Assembly (NCBI GenBank): GCA_050230475.1
Contig: JBFLGF010000159.1
Location: 1 to 64,000, forward strand
Direction: 5' to 3'
Source: Ancylonema sp.
Lineage: Eukaryota
Length of the DNA stretch: 64,000 bases
How positions within the stretch are numbered: the stretch's first letter is position 1; every line of letters begins with the position of its first letter. Positions 38,005 to 50,401 of the stretch are shown here, in pieces. Under the pieces are notes generated by a model that saw only the letters and a list, made by a program, of their open reading frames with translations, did no database searches and was not told where the DNA came from. Position numbers and translations under genes: made by a program.

Positions 38005-39361
38005 CAGTGCTCCCTCGATATAACGACACACAAAAAATCCATAATAGTGTCGTTATATCGAGGTGTCGTTATACACTGTTTAACGACATTTACTACTAGA
38101 ATCTGAAATCTATGTCGAAATCTATGTCGTTGTATCGAGGGACTTTGCGAATGAAGCAAAGTGAATAAGCAAATGTGTTTATGATGTGTTTCCCCTTGGC
38201 ATGATTATTAAATTCAGCGTGTGTATTGATATACGATTTATACAAGTGCGTCATGATACCAATACATGCGGATGGACAAAATATACCACAAAATTTTACG
38301 AGGAGAGTTGGGGAGGTGTTAAGGTTGTTACAAAGCAAGACCGGACACGCACATTCTATTGGATCTATATAGAAATTATATATAGAATTTGAGGTGCCGT
38401 TCTATATTTTTCTCGATTTCGTAGTGTATAGGCTCGTGTCGTTATAACGCGTGCCAGGCACCGTTATGTAGGAGCGAGTGAGTATATCTAGTCTTTCAAA
38501 CTTTGTGTTGTTATAATGGAGTAGAGAGTTCGATACGCCCCAGTAGTAGTAAGGTGAATGGGAAGCTTCTGCGGATCTTCTTAGGCTTGATTATGATTGG
38601 CGCCCTCGCTTACTTGACCAATCACTGAGTTAGGGGTTCCAATAGCCATTTGAGTGAACGACCGGGATTGAACGGCCACTAGTCAATCACCGTTAGTTAG
38701 ACTTTTGGTCCAGCCGCCACTCTTCGAGTGGGTTGGTGCTCCACTTTATACGTCTAGGATGTGACTCTTGTATTCACTTTCCGACAGCATTTCCCGGACG
38801 ACTTAATTCAATATCTTGTCTACGTGCAATTCGTGATTCTCTGCGCAATCTGTTATTATGTCGTAGCTGGAATACCTCTTAGCCTGCTGGTGCGCTAGTT
38901 ACGCTTCGCATTTTTGGCACCCAGAGCTTACTTTGCTTTGGATAGTAGTTGTCGGAAAAATCAGCACTTGTTGTGCTTGGGTGGTGTATTGGGATATAAT
39001 TGGGATATATGGACTTAGGGGCAATAGTATGGGTTATGGGAACGTGTGTTAACACTTGGGGGCGACTTGGGAGGAACGATTCAAACATTACAATTTGTAG
39101 TTCGGTACAATGCGAGGCATTGCGTGTGTTGTTGTGTGTACTTGGTAAACGATACGCTGCTATACGTCACCATACATCGTTATCTACGAGCAATAGCGTT
39201 ATATACACACTATAACGACATTCAGTAATATTTTTTTGAATCAATTTGTCATTATATATAGTGTCGTTATGCTTCTATCGAGGGCGATTTCATATTGGTT
39301 TTAAAAAAGTTCCAAAAAATTGTCGTTATACCGAGGTTGTCGTTATATCGAGGGAGCACTG
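38005..39361. mobile_element. Non-autonomous pogo/Tigger-like (Tc1/mariner) element
   Basis: TA|CAGTGCTCCCTCGATATAACGACA...TGTCGTTATATCGAGGGAGCACTG|TA, a perfect 24-bp TIR with a TA TSD. A duplicated left end lies at ~37911-38004. Confidence 0.88.
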
Positions 39362-39443
39362 TACCGTAGCGGCAAGAGGTAATGCGCCAGCAAATCCAAA
39401 AAATAACTAGGGTAGCGTTATTCGCACTCCACCAAAAACACTA

Positions 39444-40076
39444 CCGTAGCGGCCAGATTTATACCCTGAAATTTTCAAAAATAATTAATTAATTATCCCC
39501 TACCCCTTTAACCCCTACCCCCATAACAATTAATAAACGTCCCCTCCCCCATCCCCTACCCCTAAAATTGTAATTAATTTTGGTCCCCTACCCCACTTAA
39601 CCCCTACCCTTCAGATATGGTCGTTCCCCCCCCCCCCTTCTAATATTGATTTAGAAAAAGATTCTGACTAGTATAACGCGAAGCTGAAACATAGCTGCCA
39701 AGATCAGGCAATGATCCAGCGATCTGCTCGATAGTGGAGATCGACGGTGGTACACCTCTGAGCCATACTTATGTGACGGGCAATTTTCGTATTGTTGTAA
39801 TTATACCAACGATTCACCGTTATAATGCGATCGGACGTCAACCGTGGGGCCGAAACCCGTCCTTGCAATTTTTCCGTACTCATGAAGATGCCACAAATGA
39901 ATCCCCCCGCTGAAATCTTGATTTTTCCTACTAGAAATATAACCCCTACCCTGAGCCCGGGTAATTAATATTTAACCCCTACTTGGCCATTTTTGGCAAT
40001 TAATATAATCCCCTACCTTGACCTACCCCTACCCCCCTGGCAATTAATTATTAGAGTAAAAATCTAGCCGCTACGG
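39444..40076. mobile_element. Tc2/pogo-like MITE (inner)
   Basis: TA|CCGTAGCGGCCAGATTT...AAATCTAGCCGCTACGG|TA, with internal CCCCTACC repeats. Confidence 0.85.
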
Positions 40077-40614
40077 TAATTATTAGAAGTAGGCTCCAAA
40101 TAGTTGCGCCACCCAAATTCTAATTAATCACTACGCGCCAAAAGTGTGTGCCAGCCAAAATCCAGTTAGCAAAAATGATCCAAAAGTTAGTTGCACTATA
40201 TGTTTTCCTATTTATTTGATATGATCAAATAAATAAATAACTTGCGCCACCCTCGACGGGGCAGGAGGGTACCCTCAAGGTTATGGGCTTCTCGAACCCA
40301 GCGACCTCCAAAAATGGGTCAAATACCGCTTTTCGTACACGAGCCCGGGGTTGCGCAACTCGGAGCCCGTGGCGCGGAGCAAATCCTGATTACAAGCACC
40401 GCTCGCCATAGTAATTATTGAAATTATATTACCGATGTTAAATTTTAATTTCCGCTATTTTATATCGGTGCGCCAGAGTTTCGTCAATTTTCATTATTTA
40501 TTTGCGCCAAAACGGTGATCCAGCGTTAGTCAAAATAATTATTTTAGTACGCGCCGAAAACATGTGCGCCAGACAATATGGTAATTATTATTTGGCACAT
40601 TATCTCTGGGGGTG

Positions 40615-43600
40615 TGTTGGAATATTTTGGATAGCCATATGTTATGCTTGCTAGTCCAGTTGTAACCGGTTACTCTAACCGGGAGCGATATTCCTAGATA
40701 TGCTTATATGCGGGGCCGGGCACGTTTGTGTCCGGGCACCTGACATGTTGCCGACACTTAGAGACGTTATTTGTTTGACGTGTCGTGATTGGCTTGATGT
40801 CAGAAATGTCCGGCATGTGCCGTTGACATGTAGAAGAGCTGTTAGTCAATGATAGGCCGACGGTCAATTGTGCCGACCGTCGGGACACAACAATCTGTAA
40901 AGCGCATCGGGTATTTCCATCCCCGATGCACTCACAATAATAATTCGTTCCACACACGCAACTCCTGTCTCGTTGATCATCAGTGACCTTTTGTTTACTT
41001 TTGCGTACGGTTCGTTTTGTCGCCCACCTAATTATTCCGGCACGTCTAATCACTCAAAAAAAAGCTTCTAGGATATGGGCCCACGTGCGGTCTAGTTCAG
41101 ACGCCGTGTTGGTTAAAAACTAAAGGCTCCACGCGATTTCGCTGCGGTAATCTCTGTGAACGGTATATATATTCTGCCTACGGTATATTTTGCCAGTGAG
41201 CGCAAATATATTCGTAGTTGTTAAGTGCTGCACGTAATTTTGACATTGCGCTGGGAATTGCACTGAGAACTCGAGCTGAGCGAGAAATTTTGTGAGAAAT
41301 CCTAAACAATGACAATGACGGATTGCTGCCACAATGTCGGATAGGTCGCAAATCCCACAATTTACTGGAGATTATACAGGATGGGCCTTCAAGGTCAAGT
41401 ATGGGCTGGCGGACAGAAAACTGCATCGTTTGGTGATGGATTGGGACAGCATGCCGCGGAGAAAGTGTCGCCCAGACGTAATCCTTCCATTGACACCTGA
41501 CAACGAGCTGGCAATTTGCCGCCAGGGGATCGACGTTGATGTCGAGAAATTGGTTAGGGATCAGCAGATTTCCCAGCAGCTGGTGCAGCTCGAGAAATGG
41601 GACGAGGATAATCTCTGGCTGCCATGTCCTACATAGTCAAACATTTGGGACCTTCGGAGCTGACGCACGTCACGGGCTGCACGACAACTGCCGGAATGTG
41701 GGATGCCGTGCGTACATTCTACCAGGTGCAGGGTGCGATTGAGATCGCGAATACCGAGGCGCTGCTGAGCGCGATCGTACAAACTGAGGTGGAGGACCTC
41801 AACGTATACGTCAAGCGTCTCCAGCAGCTGCACCAGGATTTGAAGAACCTGGGGGCGCCAGTCAATCCAACGAAGGAGGCGATCAACCTGCTCAACTCTT
41901 TGAACACTCATTACAACCCAATGGTCTCGACGCTGATGCCGTGGTCGGAATCGTCTCCACATCTGTTCACGATTCCCCACATCGTGAGTGGCGCTGCTGC
42001 GCGACGACGTCAGGAAGGAGCTGAATGAGCGTAAGAGGGGTGCGCTGTGTCACCAGGCGCATTCTGGTGGACCTGGAGGGGGAAGCGGAGATATAGGCAG
42101 CAGCAGACCTGGTGGTGCGACTAGAACTGGTCGCAGAGACGCTGCAGGCGTCGAATGCTTCGGCTGCCACAAATTCGGCCACATCAGCGCGAACTGCCCG
42201 TCACCCGCTATCGGCGGAGGCCATGCCGGAGCCTGGACATGTCACAGGTGCCACCAGGCAGGCCACCGAGCTGCTCACTGCCATGCGCCATCGCGAGCAG
42301 CTGGAAATGTTGCGCACGCGACTCAGGGAAGTTCAGGGGGGAGACAGAGGTGCAGATATTGCAACTATGTAGGGCATACGATTGAACAATGTAGAAAACG
42401 CCCATCTGATTTGGCTTTAATGAACCCAGAAGCTGCTCGAAGGGCTGATGCACAAGCTAGACTTGCTCGCTTTGCTGACAAACCTTTCGACGCTAATGTG
42501 GATTATTTAGCTTTCGGTGCTTTCTCGTTCGATGTTGCTCGAGCATTGTCTGATGGTTCTCACACAGACTCCCTGATCCTGGATTCAGGTGCTACAGACC
42601 ACATATTCACTGAACGTGAACACTTTGTGGAGTACACACCTACCCTGAGCACGCAGAAGGCCTACATCACCACTGCTGACGGCTCGTCACACAAGGTGGA
42701 AGGCATTGGTTTCGTGCACATCCGCATCCGAGTGAGGAATGGCGACACATTTTTTGTGCAGCCACTCAGCTCGATCCACGCCTTTGCCTGAACCCTCGTG
42801 TCGACATCGTGCCTCGTCAGAAGAGGTGGGCTGAGCTTTCTACAGCTGCCCACGGGTCCACAATTAAAAAAGGGAAATGTGAAATGGGCTGATGTGCTGC
42901 AGCAGCCTAGTGGTCTGACTTTGCTTGCTGCCACCATCGTCATGCCTGGATCTCATGATACGAGAGCAAATTTGTCCACAGGCATGGTCTGGCATCACAA
43001 ACTGGGTCACCCCAGTTCTGATGTGGATTCAGATTTTGTCAGACGTGGTGACATCCCACAGTTAAGTCAGGAAGAATTAACTGAAGTCAGGGGATGTCAG
43101 GTTTGTTGTCAGGGGAAGATGATTCAGCTCAGTCATGCTAAGGCCAGTGAGGATCTGGGGACAGGGTCGCATTCACCTGGATCTCATTGGACCATTGTCT
43201 GTCATCTGTCTGTTAGGTCTGCTAATGGAGGTTTCACTTATGCTCAGACAGGGATTGAGGTGTCCACACGTCTGTCATTTGTCTGTTTACTGAAAACTAA
43301 GGATGAAGCACTGAACCGAGCAAAGTTCACTATACAGTTGCTCGAGGTACAGTCAGGGTTGCCACTACAGTCTATACGGACAGACAAGGGTGGGGAGTAT
43401 GTGTCTCAGGACTGGATGAACTACTGTGGGGGGAAGGGTATTGACAAGCAAACCAAGAAGCATACAGTCCTAAACAAAACGGAATCTGTGAAAGACTGAA
43501 TAGAACATTGACAGAAAAAATGCGATGCATATTGATCCTGGTCAGTACCGAAGTCGTATTGGGATGTGCATTGTTACATGCAAACTGGTTACGGAACAGA

Positions 43601-46600
43601 ACTCCCACTAAGTCGCTTGCTGGCAGAATCCCAATGAAGTCTAGGAGGGAAAGAACAGGAAAATGAACAAAAGTCATAATTTTGGGTGTCTGGTTCAATA
43701 CTTGAAGGTTGGGGGGGAAAAGAGAGGCAAGGGGACAAGTTTGCCCCTCGCACTTGCTTTGGTGTGTTTCTGGGGATGGCTCGGGGAGTGCAGGCTACAA
43801 CGTCTTCGACCCCCATAGGGTGGGGGTGATATCACGCATGGACGTGCGGTTCTTCGAGGAGGTGCCGGGGTACCCGAAGCTCATGAGGGGGAGAGCCCAG
43901 GTTCAGGCGGCAACAGAAAAACACTTTTTCTATCTGTTCCCCGACACCGAAGATGAGCAACCCGCAGCAGCAGTTGTGCCAGCAGCAGCAGTTCACCCCA
44001 ACATGCCAGCAGCAGCAGTCCACCCAATCATGCCAGCAGTTCTGCAACCGATGCCAACAGTTTTGCAGCCAATCCCAGCACCAGCAGAACCAGCAGTCCC
44101 TGAGCCAGCGGCTGCCATCGACTATCCGCACGACAACTTCCAGCCACAAGCGCTGCTGAGGTCCCTAACGCCACGATTGAGCTGTCCGACAGCCAGTCAG
44201 GGATCAACAACGCAGGAGGTGGAGATGCAGGGGAGGAGGAGGTGCAAGGAGGGGGTGCGAACCCAGGAGTGGGGGAGCCAGGCAGCGTAGCTGATCGGGT
44301 GATGGCCAGAAGGCGAGCCAACTTTGCCGAGTATGGGGATCTCATGTGATGTGATGGGGAGGAGTTCGATGACGCAGCTCATGCCAACTACTCAGCGACT
44401 GAATGGGAGCCCAGTTGTTTCTACACTGGCTTCAACGGTCCTGTCGATCCTGGCTACGCATGCGTAGCATCAAAGAGCAACTCCTCCGAGCCACTCACCC
44501 TCAACCATGCGATGATGAGGCCAGACTGGGACCAGTGGGACAGGGAGCTGGAAGAGCTCGCTGCCCTAGAGACGTTCAACACCTTTGAGGTGTGTATACT
44601 TCCTCCAGGTAAAAAGGCTGTGGGGTGTAGATATGTTTTTTAAGGTCAAAACAACACCTCAAGGGGATATTGAAAGATATAAAGTCAGACTGGTCGCAGA
44701 GGGATTCTTACAACAAGAGGGTATTGACTATAACGAAGTATTTGCACCAGTAATCGACAGTACATCTATCACACTACTCCTCTCTATAGCCAACCAATCC
44801 AACCAATATGACTGGGAACTGGAACAGATGCAGCGTTCCTGCATGGACGTCTGGAAGAAGAAGTTTATATGAAAATACCACCACGTATGCATATCAATGG
44901 GGGTGCTGAGGGGAAGGTCTTACGACTGAAGGGTGCTTTATACGGTCTAAAACAGAGTAGCCACGTGTGGCAAGAGATGTTCAGAAAGTTTATGATATCT
45001 GAAGGGTTTACACAATGCGTAATGGACACATGTATATATATGAGGGGGGAAGCAGACAGCAGAATCATACTGGGCATACATGTAGATGATCAGGTGATCA
45101 CAGGTCCTAACCCAATGGTCGTCAAAACTTGAACACATGGGACATGAGATATGGGTAAAAAGTTCAAAGTCAAGGATCTGGGTCCCCTAACCCATATCCT
45201 GGGGGTGGAAGTGAAGAGGGATAGACACAAAAAACAGCTCACACTGGGACATTCAGGTTTCTTAAGGGGAGTACTCGAACGTTATGGGATGCATGAGTGT
45301 AATCCAACCAAACTCCCTCTAGCCCCTGGAACTCACAGTTTACGCAAAATGATGAACCAACTCTTCCCCCTACCCCTGAAGAAATAATAGACTTTCGAGG
45401 GAAAGTGGGATCTCTCATATATGCCATGAAACAAACCAGACTGGGGCATCGGGTATGCACTTGGGGTACTGGCTAAACACATGGGAAATCCTGGGGTCGC
45501 ACACAAAGGGCGTTACATCAATTATTCAGATACCTTAAAGGGACTGTGAACCACGGACTGACGTTTGTGGGTAAAGACAGCTTTGAAGTAAAGGGTTACT
45601 GCGATGCATCATGGAACAGTTGCAGCATGACAGGAAAGTCAGTCACAGGATGGGTAACCACGGTTGGGGGGACAAGCACTGAGTTGGAAGTCGCAGAAGC
45701 AGTCCCACAGTTGTACAGAGCATTGCTGAGGCTGAATATATCGCTGCCTGTAGTGTATCTAAAGAGTGCTGTTATCTAAAGTCTCTCTTGAAAGAACTCA
45801 AGTTTCCAAACCCAATCACAATCCACACTGACTCAACCTCAGCTCTCTCCATGATCCAGAATCCTGTGCAACGACAGAAAGCAAAACATTTTAATGTGGT
45901 ATATCACTCGGTACGGGAATGCCACAGCACGGGGAGACTAAAATATGTGTATCTTGCACGCGCCAATCAACCAGCAGATATGCTAACCAAAGCTCTTCCT
46001 CAAGTTTTACTGGACAGACACAGCAAAAGTCTAGGTTCTGGACGGTTATACTGAACTGGGGGTGTCAGTCCTTTCTTTTATTTTTATGATCAGAGGTTTC
46101 GAATGCCATGCACGTTGGCAGGGGGTGTGTTGTTATGTTTCTTTCATGCAGAAGTAATGGGGAGGGTACACCAACTTCTCAGCTCATCCAGCAAGTCACA
46201 CTCTCACCTTAATACCTTGAAAAGTTTAAGAAAGGACACTTAAGGACACTTTAAGATCAGAAAGTGTGAATCTGCTCAACTTTAAACTTGTCAGTTTGTT
46301 CTGAATTTTCGAATGTATGTCCTAATCATTTTTGAAAAACTTGTGTCAAAAGTTGGTGCTGATAGGACTGGTAATTTTGAAGTTATGCTGTTTTGAGATT
46401 TTTCTGACTGGAAAGTGTAAAATTTTCAGAATCATAAAGTTGAAAAAGTTAAAAAATAAAAAATATTTTCATGAGTTTTTTTGTTTTCGCCTAACTTGTG
46501 GTATTTGTTTGTATGTTCAGGGCTTCGGCCTGAAAAACGACTAAGGATCTGGAGCGATCGACTTCATGGAGTGCCGTCCGATCGGCTTTCCGACGAACGG

Positions 46601-47243
46601 CTGCATTTTTCGATAGAATCCCCTAGCACTTTTATAGCACGCTTGTATGCTAGGGAAGACCAAAACTGTATGCAATGGTTCTGCCATGATTTGGCAATGA
46701 CTTGGGTACTCCTTTTGATGTCTGCATCTACGCCAACTTTAGCATGGCATCCGAGGGGGTGAGTTGGAATATTTTGGATAGCCATATGTTATGCTTGCTA
46801 GTCCAGTTGTAACCCGTTACTCTAACCGGGAGCAATATTCCTAGATGTGCCTATATGCGGGGCCGGGCAAGTTTGTGCCCGGGCACCTGACATGACATGT
46901 GTTGTTTCCGACGCTTTGAGACGACGTTATTTGTTTGACGCGTCGTGATTGGCTTGTTTAGTCGCGTGGTCGTGTCAGAAATGTCCGGCATGTGCCGTTG
47001 ACATGTAGAAGAAGTGCTGTCAGCCAATGATAGGCCGACGGTCAATTGTTGCCGACCGTCGGCACACAACAATCTGTAAAGCGCCATCGGGTATTACCAT
47101 CCCCGATGCAATCACAATAATAATTCGTTCCACACACGCAACTCTTGTCTCGTTGATCATCAGTGAAAGAGATTAGATCCTTTTGCGTACGGTTTGTCGC
47201 CCACCTAATTATTCCGGCACGTCTAATCACTCAAAAGCTTATA
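40615..47243 (+). mobile_element. Ty1/Copia LTR retrotransposon A, full length and decayed; 5' LTR 40615-41070, PBS 41071-41084, gag-pol ~41334-46054, 3' LTR 46762-47243
   Basis: Paired LTRs with TSD TCTCT. Domain order Gag (3 CCHC), PR (ILDSGATDH), IN (WHHKLGH, IRTDKGGEY), RT (YKVRLVAEG, ALYGLKQ, HVDD), RH (GYCDASW, ADMLTKAL). Many frameshifts. Confidence 0.96.
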
Positions 47244-49950
47244 TCTCTGGCCGCTACGGTACGTCAATCCAACCGTGCCGTCTAACTATTAAACCGCCGA
47301 CTATTGATCTGGACGGTTAGACGGCGGATGGAACTCTTGGATGGCTATTGGACGGAGGGGTTTTGCGGTAGCGGTAGCGAGATAGGATATTCCTACACCG
47401 GCGGAAGTATAAGTACTAAAAAGCCGACCTGGCGGTACATTTGTTTCTCATATTGGAGTCGTCTCTTAATCACGTTGCATGATAATGACATTTCTTTCTT
47501 TGTGGGAGTGTGCGACAATTTTTGGTGATGAATGTAATTGAGTTGTTGTTATTAATTTGGCGGAGATGGACGACCATATGGATGATGTTTGGTGATGGCA
47601 CAATATATATGTTGTGTGGCATTTTACAAAGAGAGTCCGCCAGTGTAGACACACTGCTGCCAACTTCAAAGAGCACAGTGCGGACGGGACATAAATGTTA
47701 ATGACAAATTAAAAGGAAGCCCAAGCTACCTGTGTAAACAATCAAGGAAAATGGAAGGTGGGGAAGTTCGGGTGGACTTGCCACGTGTCGCATGAACGAG
47801 TGTTGTGATATTTGGTAAATGAGTGTCCTAATTTGCAAAGCTTTAAAACAACTGCAAACAAAATCCCAACCGAATCGATTTTGCGTGCTACATGGTTGGA
47901 GTTTAATCGTATGGAACGATGATTAGGCAGGTTAGCAATTCCCCCCCCCCCCCACGTGTTGAGAGTCCCTCCGCGGGGGTGGCCATTGCAATGCGATGGT
48001 GTGCATTTTTTTTTTTTTTTTTTTAACAAGTTCGATCGTTTCATTATAATATATCTCACAAGAATTCTAAATTTCAACGATGTGTTTCTTTATTATTGAT
48101 GCAATCTTGAAGATCAAACAATTATAACCCCGAGAAGAGCAAATAATTCATGGATTTTTGTTTCGATGGGATGGTCAAATATTTTATGATATTTTTTTTC
48201 ATTATCATCTTTTTTATCGAAGACAACTTTGTTCAATCCGACATTTTCACGTAACAGGAGTGTCAATGAAATTTTCACCCTTATATATTTGTAAAGGATG
48301 AGGCTACTAGCCACACATGCCAACTCTTGATTCAAAAAGACCATTGTGTCAAATCAAAACATCACTATGATTCAAGAAACAGGTGAGCTCAACACACCAT
48401 TCACAACCGAGTTACCGAGTGAGTACAATATTCGTACGACCAATGCGAACCCAACCTTGATAAATTCAATATTACCTTTCGTTTTATTGAAGGCCACGAA
48501 ATGAATAAACAATTTAGGTTCTTTCCCAACCACCGTCCAACCATTCCAACTGCATTCCGATCGCACCAACCGCGGTGTGGCGGTTGGGTGGCGGTTGGAC
48601 GGTTGTTGGCCAATTGTCAACCGATAGGAATCTGGGCGGTTCGGCCCTAGCCCCACTCATTGGTGGTCGGTCGGCAACTCCAACCACAGGGTTGATAATG
48701 AGACCGTTGAAAGATGGCATGTATATAAATTTGGGTAGTGATCAAGGTATTTAGGCCCTTATTTGAAATGCTTAAGAAGGTATCGTTATAAACCCCTAAA
48801 TGAAGATAAATATTTTAGGATAAATTTAGGTCCGTTTTGTATTTTCACCCCAAAAGACTGCCTAATTTGAGTTGATTTATGGTTCAGATGAGTTTCTTAT
48901 CAGGACGAAGGGAAAACGGGGGGGGGGGGGAGTGAAGTTAATACACGTAAAAGACACGCATTAGTCCTCCTGTAAAATTTTGAAGGAGAACCCGAAATGA
49001 GTGGAACTTGCATACATAACATGACGTGTGTTTCAAATTGGCTCAAATGTTGCGTGTGACGAGCGGTTTTTCTCAGTATTTGGGATGGTACATTCGAAGC
49101 CGCGGGATCGACTTGACCCGAAGCGTGAATAACTTTGTACAAATAGAGACCGGCTATTACTCCCAAAAGCCTTCTTCCGTTTTTCCAAGGGTGACTAGAA
49201 GTTTGGCATCATTTGCAGCGCCTTTTCCTTGGGCTTGCAATAATCCGCTTCTAAGTTTGACGATATTCAAAACATCACGCTCCCCGGCCTCGTCTTCGAC
49301 CAAAAGGGTTTTGTTGCGGAAGCAAAAAAGTGGCTAGGTGAGCTCACACCCGAAGGCGTAACGACAGCCAACGAAGCATCCCCGAACGCCCGTTTTTTTT
49401 TTTTTGTTTCCTCGCTCAGAGCTCTTGAAGATGCATCGTTATTTTTTTTTTTGTAATGTCGTCGATCTCCTTGCGCAACTCTCTACTTCGGCACGTCGAG
49501 GAGATAAGTGCTTATGTGGCATTGGTGATGTACGCATAACTATCGACGACGTCGTGCATAGTAGCTCGCACGTGTGACTAGCAAGGTTCAAAACGAGGTT
49601 AGAGATACAAGTTGGCACATATATAGAAAGAGATAGATGCAGGTAGACATCTTTCCACGCACCATACATCAAATATGCAAGATCCGTAATCTACGTGCAT
49701 CACAATACATCACACCACACACACATGCATGCCTAGTAAGACAAGAATACATGCACCACTGTGGTTATATTACAAGGCTAGGCAAGGAATGCTTAGACGC
49801 GATGTACGCGAGCGGTCTCTTAGGTTATGTGGGTATTACACACAACAACTATGAAGCGCGGCGCTTGCGGTCTCAAGAAAAGCAAGCAAGACACAAGCGA
49901 GGAGTCATAAATTGTCCGGGATTTTTTTTCGAAAACTAATGACTACATGG

Positions 49951-50401
49951 TGTTAGAATATTTTGGATAGCCATCTGGTATGCTTGCTTGTCCCGTTGGA
50001 AGCGGTTACTCTAACCGGGAGCAATATGCTAGATGTGGCTATAGGCGGGGCCGGGCCAGTTTGTGCCCGGGCACCTGACATGTTTCCGACGCTTAGAGAC
50101 GTTATTTGGTCGAAGCGTCGTGATTGGCTTGATTAGTCGTGTCAGAAATGTCCGGCATGTGCCGTTGACATGTAGAAGAGCTGTCAGGCAATGATAGGCC
50201 GACGGTCAAGTGTGCCGACCGTCGGCACACAACAATCTGTAAAGCGCATCGGGTATTACCATCCCCGATGCAATCACAAATAATGTCACACACGCAACTC
50301 CTCTCTCGTTGATCATCAGTGATAGAGATCCTCTTTTGCGTACGGTTCGTTTTGTCGCCCACCTAATTATTCCGGCACGTCTAATCACTCAAAAGCTTAT
50401 A
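49951..50401 (+). mobile_element. Solo LTR of Copia family A
   Basis: Homologous to the LTRs of element A. Begins TGTTAG, ends GCTTATA, and is flanked by the perfect 5-bp TSD CATGG. Confidence 0.93.

Larger units (their letters stand above)
39364..47259. mobile_element. Tc2/pogo-like non-autonomous element (outer), interrupted by a related MITE and by Copia element A
   Basis: The left end is TA|CCGTAGCGGCAAGAGGTAATGCGCCA. The right end TGGCACATTATCTCT/GGCCGCTACGG|TA is restored when the Copia insertion is removed. Confidence 0.82.

Noticed and set aside
40694..41053. Recurrent antisense LTR ORF MIRRAGIIRWATKRTVRK (four copies)
   Set aside because: It starts at a non-ATG codon and its length and frame differ between copies. 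The recurrence only reflects LTR homology.
47700..49400. Coding-like fragments with a faint piggyBac-like phrase (ELFALLGVII); similar unassignable remnants at 3200-3700, 23900-24800 and 57700-58200
   Set aside because: They are stop-riddled, and no catalytic motif, TIR or TSD was found, so they cannot be assigned by eye.
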